Below are positions 30,884 to 39,966 of a DNA stretch of 64,000 bases, piece after piece; position 1 is the first letter of the stretch; each line of letters begins with the position of its first letter. This DNA comes from an uncultured Actinomycetes bacterium (GTDB lineage Bacteria; Actinomycetota; Acidimicrobiia; IMCC26256; PALSA-610). Location: positions 83,379 to 147,378 of the forward strand of contig CAWJBW010000006.1 of assembly GCA_963841215.1 (NCBI GenBank), written 5' to 3'. The translations under genes and the position numbers were made by a program. The notes under the pieces were generated by a model. It saw nothing but the letters and a program-made list of their open reading frames with translations, was not told where the DNA came from and did not search any database.

Positions 30884-31973
30884 GTGCACGAGGAACCGCT
30901 CGATCCGCGCCCGAGATCGCGTCTGACCCCGCGCGTGCGGCGCGACGTCCTCGTCGACACCGCCGCCTTCCGGCTGGTCACCTCCCGAGCAGCCCGCCCC
31001 GACCTGGCGCGGTTGGAGCGGATCGACGGCGAGGTGTCCGAGGCCCTGGAGCTCTTCGAACAGCGGGGGTGGGTGCAGGCGCCGGAGACCTACCACCAGG
31101 ATCCCCCGCTCCCCGCCGGCATCCGCACCGCGCGCGGGCGATCGGGCAACCTCCGGTTCACGAGCATGTCCTGGCTCGACGGCTACGAGCCGCGCCCGGA
31201 AGAGCCCGGCGCCGAGCGGTTCCTCGGCTACCGGAAGAACCGGGTGGCCCGAGCGACGATGCTCGAACACCGCTCGGGCGACCGGCCGTGGCTGGTGTGC
31301 CTGCACGGCTTCGGCATGGGCCGGCCGGGTCTCGACCTGCGCGCCTTCCGCGCGCTGCACCTGCACCGCGACCTCGGGCTCAACCTCGCCTTCCTCACGC
31401 TGCCGTTCCACGGCCGGCGGAATCCCGGCCCGGTGACGTCACCGCCGATGCCGAGCGCCGATGCGCTCGACACCGTGCACGGGCTGACGCAGGCGGTGTG
31501 GGACGCCGCGCCAGTTGCTGGCCCACCTCCGGACCCGCACCGCGCAGCCCGTCGGTCTCATGGGTCTGTCGCTCGGCGGGTTGGTCGCGGCCACGGTGGC
31601 GTCGGTCGACACGCCGCACGCCGTGCTCCTGCTCGTGCCGGCCGTCGACCTGCCCGCGTTGGCGGCCGATGCCATCCGCGGCGAGGCCGAGCTGGGATCG
31701 ACGCCTGAGACCGCGCTGCTGCTCCGCGCCGAGCCGCTCTTCGCGCCGGTGTCGCCGCTGCGTCTGACGCCGAAGGTTCCGACCGAACGGCGATTCATCC
31801 TCGCCGGCACCCTCGACCGCTTCGCCCGCCCGACGCGCCAAGCCGTCGCCCTCTGGCGCCACTGGGACCAACCGGCACTGCACTGGTACCACGGCGGACA
31901 CGTCTCGCTGTTCTGGGCCCGCGGTGTGCAGGCCGCGATCGAGGCGCAGCTCCGCGTCGTCGGACTCGTGTAG
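30884..31973 (+). CDS. alpha/beta hydrolase (the kind commonly next to WS/DGAT); frame break near 31505
   Basis: PWLVCLHGFGMG in ORF 30884..31708 continues as GLMGLSLGG (nucleophile elbow) and WYHGGHVS in ORF 31515..31973. Confidence 0.75.
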
Positions 31974-32006
31974 CGGTCGATCCCCTCGAAGTTGTGCTCG
32001 CTGTCC

Positions 32007-32441
32007 TCAGGTCAGCGGGTCGACCCGCAGTCGTTCGAGTCGGGTCTTGGCGATGCGCCAGGTGTCGCCGTCGCGGCGGTACTCCTCGTGGTAGTGGCCG
32101 TAGCCCTGGAGGCCGACGCGGGAGCCGTCGGCGGCGGGCCACTCGACGTAGTCGAACATCGCCCAGGTGCCCCGGGCGGTGTCGGGCCCGGTGATGTCGA
32201 TCTCGGGCATGTGCCCGTGGTGGGTCGTGGTCGTACCGGTGAGCGCCGCGCCCACGTTGCCGACGACCTCGGCCCGCCCGTTGTTGACCATTGCCGCCTC
32301 GGGGACCTCCATGACGACGTCCTCGGTGAACACCATGCCCCAGTCGTCCCACTGCTTGGTGTCGAGGAACCGGAAGTACCGGGCCTTGAGCTGCTTGATG
32401 GCCTCGATGTCGACGAGGCGCTGGAGGTCGGGGTCGGTCAT
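32007..32441 (-). CDS. SnoaL-like / NTF2-fold protein
   Basis: Intact 144-aa ORF with IEAIKQLKARYFRFLDTKQWDDW, typical of this fold. The ATG overlaps the SDR stop (ATGA). Confidence 0.8.
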   Translation of the reverse strand: MTDPDLQRLVDIEAIKQLKARYFRFLDTKQWDDWGMVFTEDVVMEVPEAAMVNNGRAEVVGNVGAALTGTTTTHHGHMPEIDITGPDTARGTWAMFDYVEWPAADGSRVGLQGYGHYHEEYRRDGDTWRIAKTRLERLRVDPLT

Positions 32442-33277
32442 GACTTCTCCATCCGGTCGATGGCGTCCACGAGCGCGTCGTGGCGTTCGGTGTAGTCGGC
32501 GCGGATCGCGCCGTGGGTGACGATGTAGGGCTCGTCGGCTTCGAGGTCGGCGAGCAGGTTCCGGATGGCGTGCTCGGGCATCACGATGTCGTCGGCGCCG
32601 ACGGGACGATGCGCGAGCATGGCCGTGAGGTCGTCGTCTTGGGCACCGGTCGCGCCGAGACCTGCGGGCCTGGCTTCGGCGCTGCTCTGCAGGTGGCCGG
32701 TGATCATCCCGCCGGGGAACATGACGGTGACGCCGATGCCTTCGGGGGCGAGCTCGTGGCGGAGGGTCTCGCCGAAGCCGAGGACGGCGAACTTGCTGGT
32801 CTGGTAGGCGGCCATCCGCACCGCCGGCGCGAGGACGCTGAGGGACGCGGTGAGGACGATGCGCCGGAAGCCGTCGCGTGCCCGGAGCAGAGGTAGGAAC
32901 TCGCGAACGGTGCGGATGGTGCCGAGGACGTTGACGTCGAGGACGAAGCGCCAGTCGTCATCGGTGAGCTTGTCGATGGCGCCGAACTGCTGCACGCCGA
33001 CGTTGGCGCAGAGGATGTCGGCACCGCCGAGCGTCGACGCGACGTGCTCGGCGGCCTCGGCGATGGATCCGGGGTCGCCGACGTCGGTTCCCAGTGCCGT
33101 GGTCGGCACGCCGTGCCGCTCGGTGATCGCGGCGGCGGTGGCCTGCGCTGCCGCCTCGGCGATGTCGAGGACGGCGACGCCGGCTCCTGCGCCGGCGAAG
33201 GCGTGCGCCATCGCTGCGCCCAGTCCTGCTCCGCCACCGGTGATCACGGCGACCTTGCCGGTGAGATCGGTGGTCAT
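32438..33277 (-). CDS. short-chain dehydrogenase/reductase
   Basis: Intact. Motifs TGGGAGLG and YQTSKFAV. Confidence 0.9.
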   Translation of the reverse strand: MTTDLTGKVAVITGGGAGLGAAMAHAFAGAGAGVAVLDIAEAAAQATAAAITERHGVPTTALGTDVGDPGSIAEAAEHVASTLGGADILCANVGVQQFGAIDKLTDDDWRFVLDVNVLGTIRTVREFLPLLRARDGFRRIVLTASLSVLAPAVRMAAYQTSKFAVLGFGETLRHELAPEGIGVTVMFPGGMITGHLQSSAEARPAGLGATGAQDDDLTAMLAHRPVGADDIVMPEHAIRNLLADLEADEPYIVTHGAIRADYTERHDALVDAIDRMEKS

Positions 33278-33293
33278 GCTGTCGTCTCTTCGA

Positions 33294-34127
33294 TCAGGGG
33301 CGTCCCTGGGGGCGGTCCGTCGTCGTCGCCAGGCGGTTCATCATCGCGTCGTGGCCGTCCTGCACCCATGGCCGATCGGCAGGGACGTCGAGCTTGATCG
33401 GCGCGAGTTGGTACTCGTTCGCCCACGCGCGGCGGCGCCGCTCGGTCGTATTGGGTCGCGCGCCGTGGATCGTGCGCGGATGATGGAAGCTGCCGCCGCC
33501 TGCGCGCAGCGGCACCGGCACCGCGGTCGAGACGTCGACGTCGTCCACGAACTCGAGAATGTGCACGGCCGGGTCGTCGCCGAGGTGACGGTGCGCGAGC
33601 ACGTCTCCCTTGTGCGATCCGGGCACGAACCACAGGCATCCGTTGTCGACGTCGGTGTCGTCGAGCGGCGTCCACCCTCCGACCGCGTGATACGAGAGGT
33701 CGACACTCCAATACGCCTCGTCCTGGTGCCAGGGCGTTGCCGCGCCGACGATCGGCGGCTTGAAGATGAGGTGCCCCCAGTGCTCGATGTCCGCTTCCGG
33801 AACGTCGAGGAGCTTGGCCGCGATCCGGCGTCCGTTCCGGAAGATCGCGGTGTCGGTGACACCCCTCATGCGCCGCTCCGGGAACAGCAGTTGCCCCAGG
33901 TCGGGTTCCTCGGTGCTGCCGTAGGGCCGCGCGACATCGAAGAGTTGGTCGGGGAAACCGCTGCGTGGCGCCGCTTCGAACTCGTCGTACGCGGCGCGCA
34001 ACCACTCGAGTTCCTCGTCGGTCGTCATGCGGTCGACCGCGAGGTATCCGTTCTCGCGGAAGAACGCGACCTGCTCTTCGGTGATGTCGACCTCGAGGTC
34101 GGTCGTGGGCGGAGGTCCGATGGACAT
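33294..34127 (-). CDS. phytanoyl-CoA dioxygenase (PhyH) family Fe(II)/2-oxoglutarate oxygenase, copy 1
   Basis: Intact. WHQDEAYW (HxD), VPGSHKG and HPRTIHGARPN. A GAGGAGG RBS overlaps the LacI stop. Confidence 0.85.
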   Translation of the reverse strand: MSIGPPPTTDLEVDITEEQVAFFRENGYLAVDRMTTDEELEWLRAAYDEFEAAPRSGFPDQLFDVARPYGSTEEPDLGQLLFPERRMRGVTDTAIFRNGRRIAAKLLDVPEADIEHWGHLIFKPPIVGAATPWHQDEAYWSVDLSYHAVGGWTPLDDTDVDNGCLWFVPGSHKGDVLAHRHLGDDPAVHILEFVDDVDVSTAVPVPLRAGGGSFHHPRTIHGARPNTTERRRRAWANEYQLAPIKLDVPADRPWVQDGHDAMMNRLATTTDRPQGRP

Positions 34128-34136
34128 GTGTCCTCC

Positions 34137-35151
34137 TCAGCGAATGGAGCTCTCGCGGACGATGAGCGTGGGCGAGCAGACGACATGGCGCGGCTCGCGG
34201 GCGTCGCCGGCGTACTGCGAGCAGCTCGGCTGCCGCGCGACCGATCTCGTTCGCGGGCTGGGAAACGACCGTGAGCTGCGGGCTCGTGAGCGTCGTCCAC
34301 GGCGAATCGTCGAAGCCGACGATGGCGACGTCGTCCGGGACCCGACGGCCGAGCTCGCGCAACGCGCGGAGCGCTCCGACCGTCATGGGCTCGTTCGCGA
34401 CGAACAGCGCGTCCGGCGGCGATGCCGACTCGAGCAGCGAGCGAGCAGTGCGATAACCGCCTTCGAGCTTGAAGTCCGCTCGGCGCACGAGCGCACGGTC
34501 GACCGGCAGGCCGGCGAGCGCGTGCGCGTCGCGATATCCCTGCAGCCGCTCGTTCGCAGTGTCGACCCGTTGCGGGCCGGTGATGCAGGCGACGCGCGTC
34601 GATCCGTTCGCGAGCAGGTGAGCGGTCGCGGCTTCGCCCGCGAGACGATTGTCGACGACGACGGAGTCCACCTCCGCGAGCGCGGGTCGACGGTCGACGG
34701 CGACGACCCGAATGCCGCGGTCGAGCAGCGGCCGAAGGTCGGATTCGGCCGGTGATGCGACCGCGATCACGACGCCCGCCATTCGCTCGGCCACGACGAT
34801 GTCGACATAGGACGACTCCGTGTCCACGTCTTCATCCGAGTTGCAGAGCACCAAGCGGTGGTCTTCGGCGCGTGCGACGTCCTCGATGCCGCGGAGGACC
34901 GCAGTGAAGAACGGGTTGGCGATGTCCGCGACGATCGCAGCCCACACCTGGTTCACCTGGCGGCGGAGCGCGCGCGCCGGCCCGGACGGCATGTAGCCCA
35001 GCCGGTCGGCTGCCTCGCGGACGCGTCGGGCGCGTGCGGGTGACACCGGACCCGTCCCGTTGAGCGTGCGTGACACGGTTGCGGGCGACACGCGGGCCGC
35101 GCGCGCGACGTCGGCAATCGTGGTCACCGGACGAAGGATCGTGTCGGTCAC
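34137..35151 (-). CDS. LacI-family transcriptional regulator; frame break near 34205
   Basis: TIADVARAARVSPATVSRTLNG HTH plus a periplasmic-binding-fold core. The GTG at 35151 overlaps the upstream stop (GTGA). The tail YAGDAREPRHVVCSPTLIVRESSIR-stop is one frame over. Confidence 0.85.
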
Positions 35152-35972
35152 TGGGAGCGGTAGCGCGCGCCGAGGCGGCGCAGGGACACGAGCATGTGCG
35201 GCGCGCCCGGAGGTTGGTAGCTGAACAGCAGCGCGCGCCGCGGTTGCGACGACGTGTTCGGATGCGAATGGTGCACGAGATACGGACCGAACATGACGAC
35301 GGATCCGGCGGGCAGCTCGAGCGGCACCGATTCGACGTCTTCGTAGGCGCGGCGATCGATCTCGTTGCCGGCGAACTCGTCGTCGTCGGCGCGCGTCTGC
35401 CAAACGCCCGAGGTATGGCTGCCGGGCACGACGCGCAAGCAGGCGTTGTCCTCGCGTGGCGTCGTCGAGGAACAGCATCGACGTCGCGACCCGCGTCGGG
35501 TCCTCGCGCGACGTCCACCCAGTACGGGTAGTCCTGGTGGAGTGGGTTGACGCCGCCGCGTTGCGGCCGCTTCAGGTTGAGCTTCTCGGTGAACAGGATC
35601 GGTGCGTCCGAGCCGACGAAGTCGCACATCGGCTCGAGGAAGCGCGGGTCGTGCGCCCACCGGTCGAGCGCGGGGCTGAGGTGCGCGCACGGTTCGACCC
35701 CGTGTACGACATCCGTGTCGCCTTCCCACTTGATGATCACGTCGCGCGTGAAGTCCGGGTCGAAGACGTAGCTGCCGGCCTTCAGGCGATGCCCGCGCCG
35801 GTCGCGGACGAGGTCGTCGACCAGGCGCTCGCACGCGTCGAGCATCTCGTCGACCTCGGCCGGGGTGAACACCGCCGTCCGCACCACGTAGCCGTCGGTG
35901 GCCAGACGCGGCCCGTTCCGGCCTGCGATCGAGGCTGGAGGCCGCCGGATCGGGCGCTGGAATCGATTTCAC
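35148..35972 (-). CDS. PhyH family Fe(II)/2-oxoglutarate oxygenase, copy 2; at least two frame breaks
   Basis: LATDGYVVRTAVFTPAEVDEML, NPLHQDYPYW (HxD) and LRVVPGSHTSG...FGPYLVHHSHPN lie in three different frames. Confidence 0.7.
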   Translation of the reverse strand: MKSIPAPDPAASSLDRRPERAASGHRRLRGADGGVHPGRGRRDARRVRAPGRRPRPRPARASPEGRQLRLRPGLHARRDHQVGRRHGCRTRGRTVRAPQPRARPVGARPALPRADVRLRRLGRTDPVHREAQPEAAATRRRQPTPPGLPVLGGRRARTRRGSRRRCCSSTTPREDNACLRVVPGSHTSGVWQTRADDDEFAGNEIDRRAYEDVESVPLELPAGSVVMFGPYLVHHSHPNTSSQPRRALLFSYQPPGAPHMLVSLRRLGARYRSQ

Positions 35973-36021
35973 TGCGTGGTTACGCTACGCCCGTCGTCGC
36001 GGGTCCACAAGGAGGCGCCCG

Positions 36022-36787
36022 ATGCCGTACCCGGCGCCCACGGAGCAGGACGTCGACTTCTTCGAGACGCACGGTTGGATCGCGATCGCAGACGCGGTGG
36101 ATCCCGATGACCTCGCGACGCTCGAGCACCGGTGCGAGGTGATCCTCGAGAAGAAGGAGATCGATGGCCTTCGACTGGGCGTGGGAGGAGGGGACGCCGA
36201 GAGACGAGCGCGCGTTCAAGATCCTGCAGTCGAGCCCGACGTTGTTCTTTCCGGAGTTGAACCGCGAGCGCTTCCGCTCCTGGGCGGTCGAGTTCGCGTC
36301 GACATTGATGAGGCGACCGCTCGAGTTCTGGTACGACCAGTTCCTCGCCAAACCGCCCGGCGCGAGCGTGCCCACGCGCTGGCACCAGGACGAGGGCTAC
36401 TGGGGTCGCAACCTCGAAGAGCGCGGCATCACGTGCTGGATGCCGATGCACGACGTCGACGAGACGAACGGGTGCATGCAGTTCATCGACGGCGGACACA
36501 AGGACGGCGTGATCGAGCACCGGCTCGTACCCGGGGTGCAGAGCGACCTTCTCTACTGCGAACCCGACGAAGCGCGCCGTGTCGTGTGCCCGCTCCGCAA
36601 GGGCGGCGTCACGTTCCACCACAGCAAGACGCCGCACATGACGAACGCGAACACCTCGTCGACGTGGCGGCGCGCGCTCACCCAACACCTGCGGGTCGTC
36701 GGCAGCGAGGGCGAGGGCGACCACTACCCGTGGAAGATCTACGTCAACCAGTTCAGCGGTCAACGGACCACACCGCCGACCCGTTGA
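36022..36787 (+). CDS. PhyH family Fe(II)/2-oxoglutarate oxygenase, copy 3; frame break near 36160
   Basis: AAGGAGG precedes the ATG at 36022. VDFFETHGWIAI in the first frame continues as RWHQDEGYW, FIDGGHKDG and FHHSKTPHMTNAN in ORF 36164..36787. Confidence 0.75.
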
Positions 36788-36817
36788 CACGCGGACTCTC
36801 GAGAAAAGGCAACGCCG

Positions 36818-38329
36818 ATGGGCCGTCGCGTCGTCCTGTTCCTGCCCGGTGACTACCGGCCCGTCCCGAACGAGTTGGCTCGCCCGAACGTAGAGACGTT
36901 CGTCGCCGCGCTCACCGGTGCGCTCCGCCATCTCGGTCACGATCCGAACGTGATCGACCACTTCCTCACGACGCCCGCGGACGCGATCGACACGCTCTCC
37001 AATGTCGACGATCCGATGATCGGCGTGTATGCGCACTGGGTCTACGCGCCGCACACGACCGATGGCGTCATCGGAAACGACACGCCACTGCTGCTCGCTT
37101 CGAACTTCGACGGCACGTGGCCGGGCCTCGTCGGCTTGTTGAACACCGGCGCGTGCCTGACCAGCCTCGGCCGGCGTCACAGCCGCCTGTGGTCCGCCCG
37201 CGACGATCTCACGACCGACGAGTGGTTCATGGACGCCCTCGACGCCTGGGTCGAGACCGGGACGCTCGAGCACGACGCCGGCTGCATCAGACCCGCGCCT
37301 GCGCCCGCACCAGCAGCGTCGTCGTCGCCCGTCGTCGACCAAGTGCTCGCAGGCATGCGCGCCAAACGCCCGCTGGCCGCGATGCTCGGCGACACCTCGA
37401 TGGGGATGATCAACGGGTACTTCGGACCCCAGCGACTCGCGCGCGTCGGCTTCTCGGAGCACAAGATCGACCAGGCGTGGGTGATCGAGCAGGGCAAGAC
37501 CGTCGACGCGCGGCGGGTCGACGACGCGCTCGCGTTCGTACGCGACCGCGGCGTCGAGTTCCACTACGGCGACGACTTCGACGAGCGCGCGACCCGCAGC
37601 CAGCTACGCGACTACTGCGCCGTGCTCGATCTGCTCGGCGAGTTCCGGGCCGACTGCCTCGGCTGGCAGTACCAGCTCGGCCTGATCCGGTCGCTGCCGC
37701 CCTCGGACTTTGCCGAGGGACTGCTCAATTCCGCATGCCGGCCGGAGACGAACGGCTCCACGATCGCGACCGCGACGGAGGCCGACCAGGGCAACCTGCT
37801 CCCGATGGAGATGCTCAAGCGGCTCCTGCGCGCGCGCGGGCTGCACGAGTCGGTCGCGTTCCACGACGTCCGTTGGGGTGCCGAGCACGACGGCCGGTTC
37901 GTGTGGGTGCTGCTGAACTCCGGTTCGGCCGGCGCGTACGCCTTCAACCACGATCCGGCAACGCTGCGCGGCGTGCACTCGTACCGGCAGCCGCCCGCGT
38001 ACTTCCCGATCCCGGGCGGCACGTTCGCGGGCGAGAGCCTCCCGGGCTCGATCACATGGGCGCGCGCCTGGCTCGACACCGACGAGATCGTCATGGATGT
38101 CGGCCGAGGTGAAGTCGTGAAGCTCCCGCCCTCGGTACGCGACGCGTGGTGGGAGGGCACCACCCGCCAGTGGCCGTTCATGGCTGCCGACCTGGGCATC
38201 AGCCGCGACGACCTCATGGCGCACTACCAGAGCAACCACATCGCGGTCGCGTACGGCGACGTGTTCGCGGAGATGGTGGAGCTCTCGCACCGCCTCGGCT
38301 TCCGCGTGCGAGTGCTGCAGCGCTCGTGA
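36818..38329 (+). CDS. L-fucose/L-arabinose isomerase-like family protein (tentative)
   Basis: Intact 503-aa ORF with normal composition. The assignment rests on my recollection of this family and on the kinase gene that follows. Function confidence is lower than CDS confidence. Confidence 0.65.
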   Translation: MGRRVVLFLPGDYRPVPNELARPNVETFVAALTGALRHLGHDPNVIDHFLTTPADAIDTLSNVDDPMIGVYAHWVYAPHTTDGVIGNDTPLLLASNFDGTWPGLVGLLNTGACLTSLGRRHSRLWSARDDLTTDEWFMDALDAWVETGTLEHDAGCIRPAPAPAPAASSSPVVDQVLAGMRAKRPLAAMLGDTSMGMINGYFGPQRLARVGFSEHKIDQAWVIEQGKTVDARRVDDALAFVRDRGVEFHYGDDFDERATRSQLRDYCAVLDLLGEFRADCLGWQYQLGLIRSLPPSDFAEGLLNSACRPETNGSTIATATEADQGNLLPMEMLKRLLRARGLHESVAFHDVRWGAEHDGRFVWVLLNSGSAGAYAFNHDPATLRGVHSYRQPPAYFPIPGGTFAGESLPGSITWARAWLDTDEIVMDVGRGEVVKLPPSVRDAWWEGTTRQWPFMAADLGISRDDLMAHYQSNHIAVAYGDVFAEMVELSHRLGFRVRVLQRS

Positions 38330-39937
38330 CGTCCTCGCGATTCCTGCTGGGCGTCGATGTCGGCACTGCCAGCGCCCGCGCCGGGCTGTTCGACATCGAC
38401 GGTCGCATGGTCGGCCGCGGCGAACACCCGATCGAGGTTCACCAACCCGAACCCGACTTCGTCGAACAATCGTCGACCGACATCTGGCACGCAGTCGGCG
38501 CGGCCGCACGACGAGCGCGCGGAGGCCGCGGCGGTACCTGCAGCGATCGGTCGCCGGCATCGGGTTCGACGCGACGTGCTCGCTCGTGGCGATCGACGAG
38601 CAGGGCGCGCCCGTGACCGTCTCGCCGAGGGCGATGACGAACGGAACGTCATCGTGTGGATGGACCACCGCGCGATCGTCGACGCGGAAGCCATCGATGC
38701 GACCGGGCATCCGGTGTTGCAGTTCGTCGGCGGTTCGATCTCGCCGGAGATGCAGACGCCGAAGCTGCGGTGGGTCAAGCGGGAACTGCCGGACACCTGG
38801 CGGCGGACCACACGCTGGTTCGACCTGCCCGACTTCCTGACGTGGCGCGCAACCGGCTCAGAGGACCGCTCGTTGTGCAGCGTCGTGTGCAAGTGGACAT
38901 ACCTCGGGCACGAGCGCCGGTGGGATGCGTCGTTCTTCGAGGCGATCGGGCTCGACGACATCGCCGCCGACGGCTTCGCGCGCATCGGCGCGTCGGTGCG
39001 CGTTCCCGGGGAGTGCGTCGGCGGTCTCGACGCCTCGGCCGCCGACGAGTTGGGGTTGCGCGCGGGCACGCCGGTCGGCGTGTCGCTCATCGACGCACAC
39101 GCGGGCGCGCTCGGAATGCTCGGCGCGGCAGGTGACGACACTCCGCTCGACCGGCGCCTCGCGCTGATTGCCGGAACGTCGGCGTGTCACCTCGCGGTTT
39201 CGGCGGATCGCTTCGACGTCAGTGGTGTGTGGGGACCGTACTGGGAGGCGTTGCTGGCCGGCCGCTGGCTCACCGAAGCCGGCATCTCGGCGTCGGGGAC
39301 CTTCCTCGATTTCGCGCTCCGGGCCCATCCTGCGTTCGCCCGTGCGCCCGCCGATCCGTACGCCGAGCTCGAACGCCGAGTTCGCTCGCTCGCCGCGGAC
39401 CCGACCGCGGCGACGATGCTCGCGGCCGACCGGCACTGGCAGCCGAACGTGTTGGGCAACCGTGCTCCGCTCGCCGATGCGACCCTCACGGGCGGCACCG
39501 CGGGAGTCCGCATGCGCGACGATCTCGATGACCTCGCGTGCTGGTACGTCGCGGCACTGCAAGCGCTCGCGTACGCGACGCGTCACGTCATCGACGCTCT
39601 CGCCGAAGCCGGTCGCAAGGTCGAGCTGCTCGTCGTGTGCGGTGGCAGCGCCGCGAACCCGTCGTGGTTGCGAGCGCATGCCGACGCGCTCGGGATACCG
39701 GTCGCGGTGCCCGCGGAGCGCGATGCCGTCCTGCTCGGCGCGGCGATGCTCGGCGCGACGGCTGCGGGTATCTCGCCGTCGCTCCCGCACGCGATGGGCA
39801 CGATGACCCGGCTCGGCGAGACGGTGCAGCCGAACGAACGAGTCGCCGGGTACCACGACGCGAAGTACGCCGTCTACCGGCGCATGATCGATGACCATCG
39901 CGCCTATCGGTCGATGATGTCCCCGTCGGTGCGGTGA
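38326..39937 (+). CDS. FGGY-family carbohydrate (pentulose/ribulose-type) kinase; three frame breaks between about 38510 and 38640
   Basis: The GTG at 38326 overlaps the isomerase stop. FLLGVDVGTASARAGLFD, then VAGIGFDATCSLVAIDEQG, then NVIVWMDHRA...PEMQTPKLRW...LIAGTSACH...VCGGSAANP, spread across three frames. Confidence 0.85.
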
Positions 39938-39966
39938 CGCGTCCGGTCGCGTCGCGCCACGAGCGG

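Noticed and set aside
33274-35478. 734-aa minus-strand ORF.
   Set aside because: Only its central third is the LacI regulator. The N-terminal part is out of frame over PhyH-2 and the C-terminal part is out of frame over PhyH-1.
35973-36021. LacI operator palindrome sought in the divergent PhyH-2/PhyH-3 intergenic region.
   Set aside because: I could not find a convincing inverted repeat by eye in these 49 nt. A matrix-based search is needed.
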